From an uncultured Verrucomicrobiae bacterium (GTDB taxonomy: Bacteria > Verrucomicrobiota > Verrucomicrobiia > Opitutales > JABDGR01): a DNA stretch of 64,000 nt. Each line of letters begins with the position of its first letter. Position 1 is the first letter of the stretch. The DNA lies in assembly GCA_963765205.1 (NCBI GenBank), contig CAVXVB010000008.1:416001-480000 (forward strand). Direction: 5' to 3'. The position numbers and the translations under genes were made by a program. The notes under the pieces are model-generated. The model saw only the letters and a program-made list of their open reading frames with translations. It did not search any database and had not been told where the DNA came from. This document shows positions 29,433 to 37,453 of this stretch, piece by piece.

Positions 29433-30401
29433 TCAACCCCCTATCGTAACTGAGGCGCAGGCTGGCTCCTTATACCGCAACCGCTTGCCTTCGATGTTTT
29501 GGAGTCCGGCAATCGTGCGCGCGCCGTCAGTCAACTTGCGGGTGTTATAGCGATGATCGAACTCTGCGAGGTAGAGCGGCAAATGCTTGAGGGAAACATG
29601 ATGGAAGGTGCCGACGATACCGCGCTTGAGCAGGCTGAAAAAGCCCTCCACAGTGTTTGTGTGAACGTCACCCCGGACATACTCCCCGGCAGAGTGATTG
29701 ACCCGCGCGTGCTTAAAGCCCTTGGCCGCGCGTGGGTAGGGCCGGAATTGGTCGGTATAGACCTTTGCGCCCTCCGCCACGTTGGCCTGAATAACCGCTT
29801 TGAGGTTGTTCCCGGTGACGCACGCCATGACGCGCGAGCGGGCCTTCCCGTCGCGCTGGACAAGCGAAACGACCGGAACCTTGTTGCCAGTGTAACGACG
29901 CCCCATGCCCTTTGTTTTGCCGCCAACGTAGGTTTCGTCAATTTCCACGGTGCCGTCAAACTTCTGCCCGTCTAGCACTGGGTCTTTGAGCGCGTGGCGG
30001 ATACGGTGAGCCATAAACAGGGCCGTGCGATAGCTGCCAAGGCCCAACACCCGTTGCAATTCCAACGCGGCAACGCCCTTCTTGGCCGACGCGAACAGAT
30101 ACCAGCCGATAAACCACTTGGACAGCGGGATATGGCTGTCCTCGAAAACCGTGCCGACGGTGACGGTGAACTGCTTGTTGCACGCGCCGCACTGAATCAG
30201 GCCGGGGCGAACCTTCTTGGCCGGGTTCGCGGCAATGCGCCATAGGCTGTCCTGCTTGGCGTTGCGGCAATGGGGGCAAACCGGGCCGCTGGGCCACCGG
30301 ATGGCCTCTAGGTAGGCGCGGGCCTTGTCCTCACTGTCGAAGTGCTGCATGATTTCCGGCAGCGTGAGCGTCTCTGGGACTGGATTGAGTTGCTTATTCA
30401 T
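29433..30401 (-). CDS. IS1595-family DDE transposase
   Basis: IRWPSGPVCPHC...CGACNKQF zinc ribbon; VEIDETYVGG; YTD; HTNTVEGFFSLLKRG; YLAEFDHRYN. Confidence 0.95.
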   Translation of the reverse strand: MNKQLNPVPETLTLPEIMQHFDSEDKARAYLEAIRWPSGPVCPHCRNAKQDSLWRIAANPAKKVRPGLIQCGACNKQFTVTVGTVFEDSHIPLSKWFIGWYLFASAKKGVAALELQRVLGLGSYRTALFMAHRIRHALKDPVLDGQKFDGTVEIDETYVGGKTKGMGRRYTGNKVPVVSLVQRDGKARSRVMACVTGNNLKAVIQANVAEGAKVYTDQFRPYPRAAKGFKHARVNHSAGEYVRGDVHTNTVEGFFSLLKRGIVGTFHHVSLKHLPLYLAEFDHRYNTRKLTDGARTIAGLQNIEGKRLRYKEPACASVTIGG

Positions 30402-30407
30402 GCCCTC

Positions 30408-30435
30408 AATATAGCATAGTTCAAACCTTTGTCAA
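30408..30435 (-). promoter_or_regulatory. Transposase promoter with its -35 inside the right TIR
   Basis: Minus strand TTGACA-16 bp-TATATT (TGn extended), ATG 6 nt later; the left TIR has TTCACA at the equivalent position. Confidence 0.6.
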
Positions 30436-30703
30436 GTGCATAATTCCGAATTTTTTGGGCGGCAAGGAATGTTTTGATTTTATTCTCGAAGCGCATATAC
30501 ATAATATACCTCTTTGTGTTCAACTAGGGATCCATCATGAAGGTGAACGGCTGAAGCAAAAAAATTTAATTTTTAAGAAATTTGATAAAAGGCTCCGCAA
30601 AACTGTTGGAGAACCGCATAAATATAAATCGATTATAGAAATGCAGTACGTCAGACCAATAAAGTCAAAGGATTCGCCATAAGCACTTTTGCCCTAAAGT
30701 GAA

Positions 30704-32800
30704 TCACTGAGGTAGCTTTTTACCGTCACGTAGATTTCTATACCATGTAAGCGCCAAGAGGGGCCAAGCCCATTGGTAGGAAGTATATTTCAAATAAAAA
30801 ATTCTCGGAAAGCCCGTTCCGGTAAACCATGGATAATGCCAGGAGCCGTCGGGGTGTTGGGTTTCTAACAGGTATTGGATGCCGCGTTCAATTGAAGGGC
30901 GGTCTAGTTTCGAGTTGGGGTCGGAGTCGGTAGTGGACGCGGCGCAAGCAAGTAAACCCAGCAAGGCCCAAGCCGTTTGGGAGGCGGTGGAGGGGTGGTG
31001 TAAGTTTTTAGTTTCTAGTTTTTGGTTTTTAGTTTCGGATTGGTCGGCAGCTTTTTCCATTTTCCATTTTCCATCTTCTATTATTTCCCCGTAACTCGGC
31101 AGTTCGCCGGTGGGGCCGGTGGGGGTTACTTGGAAAAACGGGGCGCCAGCGCCGCGGGTTTGGGGGTCGTGGTAGGTCCAGCAGGATTCGCCCCAGCCGC
31201 CGTCGGGGTTTTGCATTTTCTCCAGCCAGTCGCGGGCGCGCAGGACGCGGGGTTGGGTCATGTCTTCGCCGATGAGGGCGAGGCCGCGCAGGACGTGCGA
31301 GGTGCCGTAAATATAATTGACGCCCCAGCGGCCGAACCAGGAGCCGTCGGGTTCCTGGGTGCGCCAGACGAAGTCGAGGGCGCGCTGGACGAGGGGGTCG
31401 GCGCGGGAGTGGCCGGTTTTGGCGAGGGTTTCGAGGGCGCGGCCGGTGATGTCGCTGCAGGGGGGGTCGAGGATGGCGTTGTGGTCGGCGAAGGGTACTT
31501 GTTCGAGCCAAGGGGTGGTGAGGTCGCGGTCGAAGGCGGCGAATCCGCCTTCCTTACATTGGAAGGCGCGGCACCAGGCCATGGCGCGCTGGAGGGCGGC
31601 GGCGCGGCGGGGTTCGTCGGTGGCGCGGAGGACGCGGAGGGCGAGGACGACTTGGAAGGTGTCGTCCACGTCGGGGTAATACTCGTTGTTGAATTCGAAG
31701 GCCCAGCCGGCGGCGGTGGGGAAGGAGACGGTTTCGGCCCAGTCGCCTTTGATTTTGATTTCTCGGTCGAGGAGCCAGTCGGCGGTTTTTTGGAGGCGGG
31801 GGTCGGCGGCGGGGACGCCGGAGTCGGCGAGGCATTGGGCGATGATGGCGGTGTCCCAAACGGGGGAATAACAGGGGGCGACGCGGAGGTCGCCGGGGTC
31901 GCCGCGGACAAGGCCGTCGAAGTCGCGGGTTTCCTTGGCGAAGAGGGGGTGGTCTTTGAGGCCGAGGAGTTCGAGGGCGATGAGGGTGTTCAACATGCCG
32001 GGGAAGATGGCGCCCATGCCGTCGGAGCCGTCGCCGAGGCGGGCGAGCATCCAGTCGCGCGCGGCGTCGAGGGCGCGCTGGCGGAGGAGGTCGGCGGGGA
32101 GGTGGTTGAGGACGCGGCCAAGCTGGTCGAGGGCGAGGAAGAGGTTGCGCCAGGAAAAGAATTCGTCGGAGCGGGGCAGTGACCAATCGCCGTGTTGGGT
32201 GCCACCGGGGTAAAGTTCGTCGAGCGAGGGGCAGGCGGGGAGGATGCGGACGGGTTTGTAATGGTTGATGACGGTGAGGGGGACGACGAGGTTGCGCGTC
32301 CAGGAACTCATTTTATAGATATGGAAGGGGGCCGAGGTGGGCAGGAGCATCATTTCGGCGGGGATGAGCGGGCAGTATTGCCACGGGAAGAGGCCGCACA
32401 TGGCGAGGTAGAGTTTGCCGAAGGTGTGGAGTTTGGGGATGCCGCCGAGGGCGAGGGCGCGTTCGCGGGCGCGGAGGAATTGGGGCGCGGTTGGCTCCAT
32501 GCCGGTGAGGCGGAGGGCGTGGTAGCCTTTGATGGTGGCGGCGATTTCGGCGGGGCCGCCGGGGAACTGGGGCCAGCCGCCGTCGGGGAGCTGGCGGGCG
32601 AGGATGTGGGCGCGGCAGCGTTCGTTCTGGGCTTTCCCGGGCTGGCCGGCCCAGTGGTAATAGAGGACGAAGTCGGAGACGACGGTGCTGTCCACAATCA
32701 ACTCGCACTCCCAAAAACCGCGGGGGTCGAAGCGGGAGAAGAGGTAGTCTTGGGCGCGGGCGATGGCGTCGCTGACGTTGATGCAGGCGGGAGCGGACAT
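30704..32800 (-). CDS. shc: Squalene-hopene cyclase, with ~50-aa repeat-derived insertion
   Basis: YPDVDDT (DXDD), QW repeats (QLPDGGW, QEPDGSWFGRWG, QNPDGGWGE), FTGTGFP. Confidence 0.93.
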   Translation of the reverse strand: MSAPACINVSDAIARAQDYLFSRFDPRGFWECELIVDSTVVSDFVLYYHWAGQPGKAQNERCRAHILARQLPDGGWPQFPGGPAEIAATIKGYHALRLTGMEPTAPQFLRARERALALGGIPKLHTFGKLYLAMCGLFPWQYCPLIPAEMMLLPTSAPFHIYKMSSWTRNLVVPLTVINHYKPVRILPACPSLDELYPGGTQHGDWSLPRSDEFFSWRNLFLALDQLGRVLNHLPADLLRQRALDAARDWMLARLGDGSDGMGAIFPGMLNTLIALELLGLKDHPLFAKETRDFDGLVRGDPGDLRVAPCYSPVWDTAIIAQCLADSGVPAADPRLQKTADWLLDREIKIKGDWAETVSFPTAAGWAFEFNNEYYPDVDDTFQVVLALRVLRATDEPRRAAALQRAMAWCRAFQCKEGGFAAFDRDLTTPWLEQVPFADHNAILDPPCSDITGRALETLAKTGHSRADPLVQRALDFVWRTQEPDGSWFGRWGVNYIYGTSHVLRGLALIGEDMTQPRVLRARDWLEKMQNPDGGWGESCWTYHDPQTRGAGAPFFQVTPTGPTGELPSYGEIIEDGKWKMEKAADQSETKNQKLETKNLHHPSTASQTAWALLGLLACAASTTDSDPNSKLDRPSIERGIQYLLETQHPDGSWHYPWFTGTGFPRIFYLKYTSYQWAWPLLALTWYRNLRDGKKLPQ

Positions 32801-32837
32801 GGGCAAAGTGGGGAATTTGGCGGAATCGCGCGGTGCC

Positions 32838-33021
32838 TTCAACATCCAATCCCGCAATCGCGGGAAACATCCAACATTCAACATCGAATGCCGGAAACCA
32901 AGCGCTTAACGTCCGAGATCAAACAGGCAACGCTCAACGTTTAACGCTTAACGCTCAAGTCAAAGCCGGTTATTTTGCCTTTCATTGGATGTTCGATGTT
33001 GGGAGTTCGATGTTGGATGTT
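32838..33021. repeat. Composite AACATCC/AACGCTC heptamer palindromic element
   Basis: aacatccaacattcaacatcgaatg ... aacgctcaacgtttaacgcttaacgctcaa ... ttcattggatgttcgatgttgggagttcgatgttggatgtt. Confidence 0.8.
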
Positions 33022-33058
33022 CTTAAGATACGTGGTTCAATCTTCGGCAATTCTCGCC

Positions 33059-33946
33059 ATGATTCTGATCCTGATACCAAGCCATTTTGAGGCGGAGCCG
33101 TTTCTCAAGGGGATTGCCGGAGCGCGAAAGTCGCACCATGGCGGGGCGGATATCACGCGAGGAAAGATTGGCGAAATGGACGTGACAGTCGGGGTGATTG
33201 GGATGGGTTTGCCACACGCAAAGTTAAGAGCGAAGGCGGTGGTGGAGTATTGCAGAATGGAAGATGGAAAATGGAAAAAGGAAAAAGAGGGCGAAGGGCG
33301 AAGGGCGAAGGGCGAAGGGGAACGGGGAAGAAGAATGGAAAATGGAAAATGGAAAATGGAAGAAATCGGAGGCCAACCGGAAACCCTCCTTCGCCAAGGC
33401 TACGGAGGGCAGGCTCGAAACGCGAAACCCGAAACTGTTCGCGGGATTATTCTGGCGGGATTTGCGGGGGCGCTTGAGCCGGGATTGAAGCGGGGCGATA
33501 TTTTTATAACGGCGGGGACGGAGTATTTGCTGCCGCATTTGCCGGAGGGGGAGCGGCCGCGCGCGGCCAAGCTGGCGACGGTGAACGATATCGCGGGGCC
33601 GGCGGCAAAAAGGGAATTGTTCGAGCGCGATGGCGCGCGGTTGTGCGACATGGAGCAGGCGCACATCGAGGCGGTGGCGCGTGACTTCGGCCTGCCGCTC
33701 ATCGGCATCCGCATCGTGAGCGACGAGGTGGACGAGGACCTGCCGGTCGAGACGCTGAGTCGCTACTACGACCAGGCGACGGGGACTTACACGCCGTGGA
33801 AACTGGCCGGGCACCTGATCCGGCATCCTTCTAAGATCGGGCCGCTGGCTGCGTTTGTTCGGCCTTTGTCGCCGATTCGCAACCACATGAGTGACTGCCT
33901 CCACACATGGCTGCGCCAGGCGGGGCCGCAGTTGTTTCACTCTTAA
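33059..33946 (+). CDS. hpnG: Hopanoid-associated nucleoside phosphorylase (HpnG-like) with repeat-derived insertion
   Basis: GMG, ILAGFAGALEPGLKRGDI, CDME, IRIVSD; located between shc and hpnH. Confidence 0.7.
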   Translation: MILILIPSHFEAEPFLKGIAGARKSHHGGADITRGKIGEMDVTVGVIGMGLPHAKLRAKAVVEYCRMEDGKWKKEKEGEGRRAKGEGERGRRMENGKWKMEEIGGQPETLLRQGYGGQARNAKPETVRGIILAGFAGALEPGLKRGDIFITAGTEYLLPHLPEGERPRAAKLATVNDIAGPAAKRELFERDGARLCDMEQAHIEAVARDFGLPLIGIRIVSDEVDEDLPVETLSRYYDQATGTYTPWKLAGHLIRHPSKIGPLAAFVRPLSPIRNHMSDCLHTWLRQAGPQLFHS

Positions 33947-35045
33947 CTGGGGACGTCGTGAGCGACGCCCCTACAGTAGCGCGGGCTTTGGGCGCGACGG
34001 CGCGGGCCATGGGGGGGATCGCGTCGCCCTCGGCGTCGGGGTTGAAAAAATACTTGGCGGTGCGGGCGAGGCCGCCGACGGAGCCGAACATGTCGTTGAC
34101 GGCGCTGGCTTCGTAGCCGCAGTGGACCATGCAGTCCTTGCAGCGTTCGTCCCAGCCTTTTTGGCCATAGCGGGCCCAGTCGGTGGTTTCGATGAGTTCC
34201 TTGAAGGTGGTGGCGAAGCCGTCGCCAAGGAGGTAGCAGGGCTTTTGCCAGCCGAAGACGTTGTAGGTGGGGTTGCCCCAAGGGGTGCAATCGTAGTCAA
34301 TTTTGCCCTGCAAAAAGGCGAGGAAGTTGGACGAGTGGTTGAAACGCCAGGTTTTTTTCGCGGAGCCGAGGATTTGCTTGAAGAGGGTCTTGGTGCGGCT
34401 GCGTTCGAGGAAGATTTCCTGCTCGGGGGCCTTGGCATAGGGGTAGCCGGGGGAGATCATCATGCTCTCGACGCCGAGGTCCATCATGTCGTCGAAGAAG
34501 CGGCGGACGCGGTCGGGGTTGGCGTTGTTGAAGACGGTGGTGTTGGTGGTGACGCGGAAACCGCGGGCGACAGCTTTGCGGATGGCGGCTTCGGCGATGT
34601 CGAAGGTGCCGTCGCGGCAGACGGATTTGTCGTGCTCTTCCTTCAGCCCGTCCATGTGGATGGAGAAAGTGAGTTGTTTGTGCGGCGTGAAGGAGTCGAG
34701 CTTGCGTTCGAGTAGAAGGGCGTTCGTGCAGAGGTAAATATAGCGACCTTGCTTGATGAGGCCGTCCACGATGGCGTTGATTTCGGGGTGGATGAGGGGT
34801 TCGCCACCGGCGATGCTGACGACGGGCGCGCCGCATTCCTCAGCGGCGGCGAGGGCTTGCTCGGCGGAGACGCGCTTTTTGAGGATGTGCTCGGGGTATT
34901 GAATTTTTCCGCAGCCTTCGCATTCGAGATTACAACGGAAGAGGGGCTCGAGCATGAGCACGAGCGGGTAGCGCTTGACGCCCCGGAGCTTTTGCCCGAG
35001 GACATACGACATCACTTTGAAGGCTTGGGAGACGGGAACGGCCAT
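33831..35045 (-). CDS. hpnH: Adenosyl-hopene transferase, radical SAM
   Basis: RYPLVLMLEPLFRCNLECEGCGKI, GGEPL, CTPWG, CMVHCGYE. Confidence 0.93.
   Translation of the reverse strand: MAVPVSQAFKVMSYVLGQKLRGVKRYPLVLMLEPLFRCNLECEGCGKIQYPEHILKKRVSAEQALAAAEECGAPVVSIAGGEPLIHPEINAIVDGLIKQGRYIYLCTNALLLERKLDSFTPHKQLTFSIHMDGLKEEHDKSVCRDGTFDIAEAAIRKAVARGFRVTTNTTVFNNANPDRVRRFFDDMMDLGVESMMISPGYPYAKAPEQEIFLERSRTKTLFKQILGSAKKTWRFNHSSNFLAFLQGKIDYDCTPWGNPTYNVFGWQKPCYLLGDGFATTFKELIETTDWARYGQKGWDERCKDCMVHCGYEASAVNDMFGSVGGLARTAKYFFNPDAEGDAIPPMARAVAPKARATVGASLTTSPVKSETTAAPPGAAMCGGSHSCGCESATKAEQTQPAARS
33949..33974 (-). repeat. GTAG-type REP-like hairpin inside the hpnH 3' end
   Basis: Minus strand GTAG-GGGCGTCG-CTCA-CGACGTCC. 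Confidence 0.6.
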
Positions 35046-35264
35046 AATGGCGGGCACTATCACCCGGAATGTCCCGGGTGTCAATGCTTATGCTTTAAGT
35101 GGTTGGGTGGCGGAGACTTGAAGCCGGACTTAAGCAAACGCTGTGCCGCAGATGGAGGCGGCATGGAATCCAAGCTGCACCGCAAAGGCGCGAAGGGCAA
35201 GAAGGACGTTTTTAGCCAAGGCTAACTGAACCATCGCCCGCCATCTCTATGTGGCTGAAAGGAA

Positions 35265-35949
35265 TTATTTCCTGGCGGTTTTACGGCGGCGGACGAAGGC
35301 AAGGCCCAAAGCGGATACGCCGCCAAACAGGCCAAACGTGGACGGCTCGGGTATGGCCCCGTTGGTCGTAAGGAATGAAGCATAACCCGTGCTGGCGGGA
35401 ACATTTGCTACCGTTGCCGAAAACACCCGTGGTGGAAAAAAGGAGGGTGATCGAGGAGCCATCGGAAGGTGTAATCCAAGCAGCGCTGCCGTCAGAGGCA
35501 CTCGAATCCGTATATTCCCCGTAGGCGACATTGAGGCCCACATTGGTGGCGCCGGCGTTCAGTGACGGAATCCAATAAATGGCCAAGGGGTCGCCGGCAT
35601 CCCAATTGCCCGCCAGCGTGTAGGCGGCGGAACTTTTCAGCACGTTTTCGCCATGACTGGCGTTAAACGCCAAGGGCGCGGTGATTGCCAACTGAGCGAG
35701 AATCAAGTCATTGTCAGAAAGGCCAAATTCGGCGCCGGTGGAGATGTTGCCGGGGGCGAGGGACGCGAAGCCATTGCCGGTGGTGTCCGCCACCAAGAGC
35801 ACCAATGAGCCGACCGGCACATTGGACGTGTTGGCGCCGCCGACCAAAAGGTCTTCCGCCTCAATGGAGAGAGTGACTGTGGCATGCGCGGGCAGCGCCA
35901 AGGCTGTTAAAACCGCAGACAGCGTCAGAAATTTGAAAATGGTTCTCAT
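35265..35949 (-). pseudogene. PEP-CTERM sorting-domain protein, frameshifted near 35405
   Basis: The signal peptide MRTIFKFLTLSAV... frame is separated from IPEPSTFGLFGGVSALGLAFVRRRK by one extra A (AGC AAAT GTT). Confidence 0.75.
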
Positions 35950-35971
35950 TGGGTGCAGGTCAAAAATGGGC

Positions 35972-37087
35972 TTACGGAGAAGAGAGCGGATAGGGGGGCG
36001 TGTAGGTCCAGACGACGCTGCCGGCAGTGGACTGGGCGGCGCGGCGCACAACGTAGCCATAGCCCGGCTGGAAAATCACGTCGTTGTCATGAATATTATT
36101 GTCGCTGAGGCTCAGCCAGCCGTGGTTGGTGCCGTCATTGTAATAGTAATAGATGGCGGTGGCTGATTTATTTTGGGCGACGACGGTGGGATCAAAAACC
36201 AACAACTCGTCCACAGGAGTGCCGGTGTTGGTGGCGGCAAGCACATTCTGGAGGCCGGAATTGACGAGGCTGACGGCGACGGGCACGGGGAGCGCGATGG
36301 CGTTGTCTTGCGGGGTGTGGGCGGCCAGGTTGTTGATGACAACGGATTGCGCGGACATGGGAACATTGCCGACAAGCACCAATTGGGTGTCCGTAGTGCT
36401 GGCGGGATGGCGCACAATAAACGAGGCGTCGGGCGGCAGGGGCACGTCGGGATGCAAATTGTTGTCGTTGAGGGAGAGCCAGCCCTGGTTGGTGCCATCG
36501 TTGTAATAATAATAAATCGCGGTGGCGGAGAGATTGATGCCTGGAGTCGTGGTGGGCGAAATGAGGATGGACGACCGCGGGGTGCCGTTGTTGGTTGAAT
36601 AGAGGCTGGCGCCGTTAGGGAAGAGGGTGTTGAGGGTCCAGTAGGGGATGACGCGGAAGGTGTCGCTGGTGCTGACATTGCCGACGAGGCCCGTGTCGCC
36701 GTTGTTATTGACCGTGATGGTGGTATTGCCGTTGGTGATGACGGTGTAATACGATCCAGCACGGTTGCCGGAAGTGAACTGGAGGTAGTAAGTGTTGGAC
36801 TGGGTGCCGGACACATAAACGAACTGGTTGCCGGTGAGGTTGGCGGAGGCGGAAACCGTGATGTCACTGTTGGTGCTGCCGTTGCTGGTGATGCTTTGCA
36901 CCTGGGTTTCGAGCGCGACGGGGCGGTGGAAGGGCAGGGAAATGTCGGTGTCGGAGCCGCCCTTGAGGGTGAGGGTGACGGCGCCCACGGGGTCGGTGGT
37001 CACATTCTGCGCGCGGGCGGCGCCGGCGAAAGCACCGAGGGCGGCAAGGCAAGGGAGGATGGAAAAGCAGAGGCGGCGGACATTCAT
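35972..37087 (-). CDS. TIGR02597-family exported protein
   Basis: TTDPVG, PFHRP, FRVIPYWTLNTLFP; adjacent to the PEP-CTERM gene. Confidence 0.75.
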   Translation of the reverse strand: MNVRRLCFSILPCLAALGAFAGAARAQNVTTDPVGAVTLTLKGGSDTDISLPFHRPVALETQVQSITSNGSTNSDITVSASANLTGNQFVYVSGTQSNTYYLQFTSGNRAGSYYTVITNGNTTITVNNNGDTGLVGNVSTSDTFRVIPYWTLNTLFPNGASLYSTNNGTPRSSILISPTTTPGINLSATAIYYYYNDGTNQGWLSLNDNNLHPDVPLPPDASFIVRHPASTTDTQLVLVGNVPMSAQSVVINNLAAHTPQDNAIALPVPVAVSLVNSGLQNVLAATNTGTPVDELLVFDPTVVAQNKSATAIYYYYNDGTNHGWLSLSDNNIHDNDVIFQPGYGYVVRRAAQSTAGSVVWTYTPPYPLSSP

Positions 37088-37453
37088 GGCGGGGCGATTA
37101 TTAAAAGAGATGAGGGCGAAGGCGCCAGAGCGAATGGTGGTTAAAGTGACGACCAACAAGCCGCCACCCCAGAAAGAGGCAGGCTGCGGCAAGAAGGCTG
37201 GCTCATGCTTATGGCCGTGATTTTCGTGGATTTTGACGACCAAGGCAAGCCCCATTTTGAGCCTGGAAACAGATAATTGTCTGCCGGCTCAATCACGGTT
37301 GACTTGCGGGGCGGAGGCTGGCATCGTTAGCCCTTTTCCCCACCTTCGGTTCGGCCAGCCGGGTTGCCCCAGGCGAAGCCGGGCCTCCTTCCACCCTTCC
37401 CCACCCGGGCGAATTTCTTCGTTTCTTAATTCTTCCTTCTTAATTTCTTTGCC

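Larger units (their letters stand above)
27424..30448 (-). mobile_element. Complete IS1595-family element with passenger genes (3025 bp)
   Basis: TIRs CGGAATTATGCACTT(C/G)ACAAAGG at 27424-27446 and 30426-30448 (22/23 match); TSD AATTTTTT at 27416-27423 and 30449-30456; intact transposase; AT-richer cargo. Confidence 0.95.
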
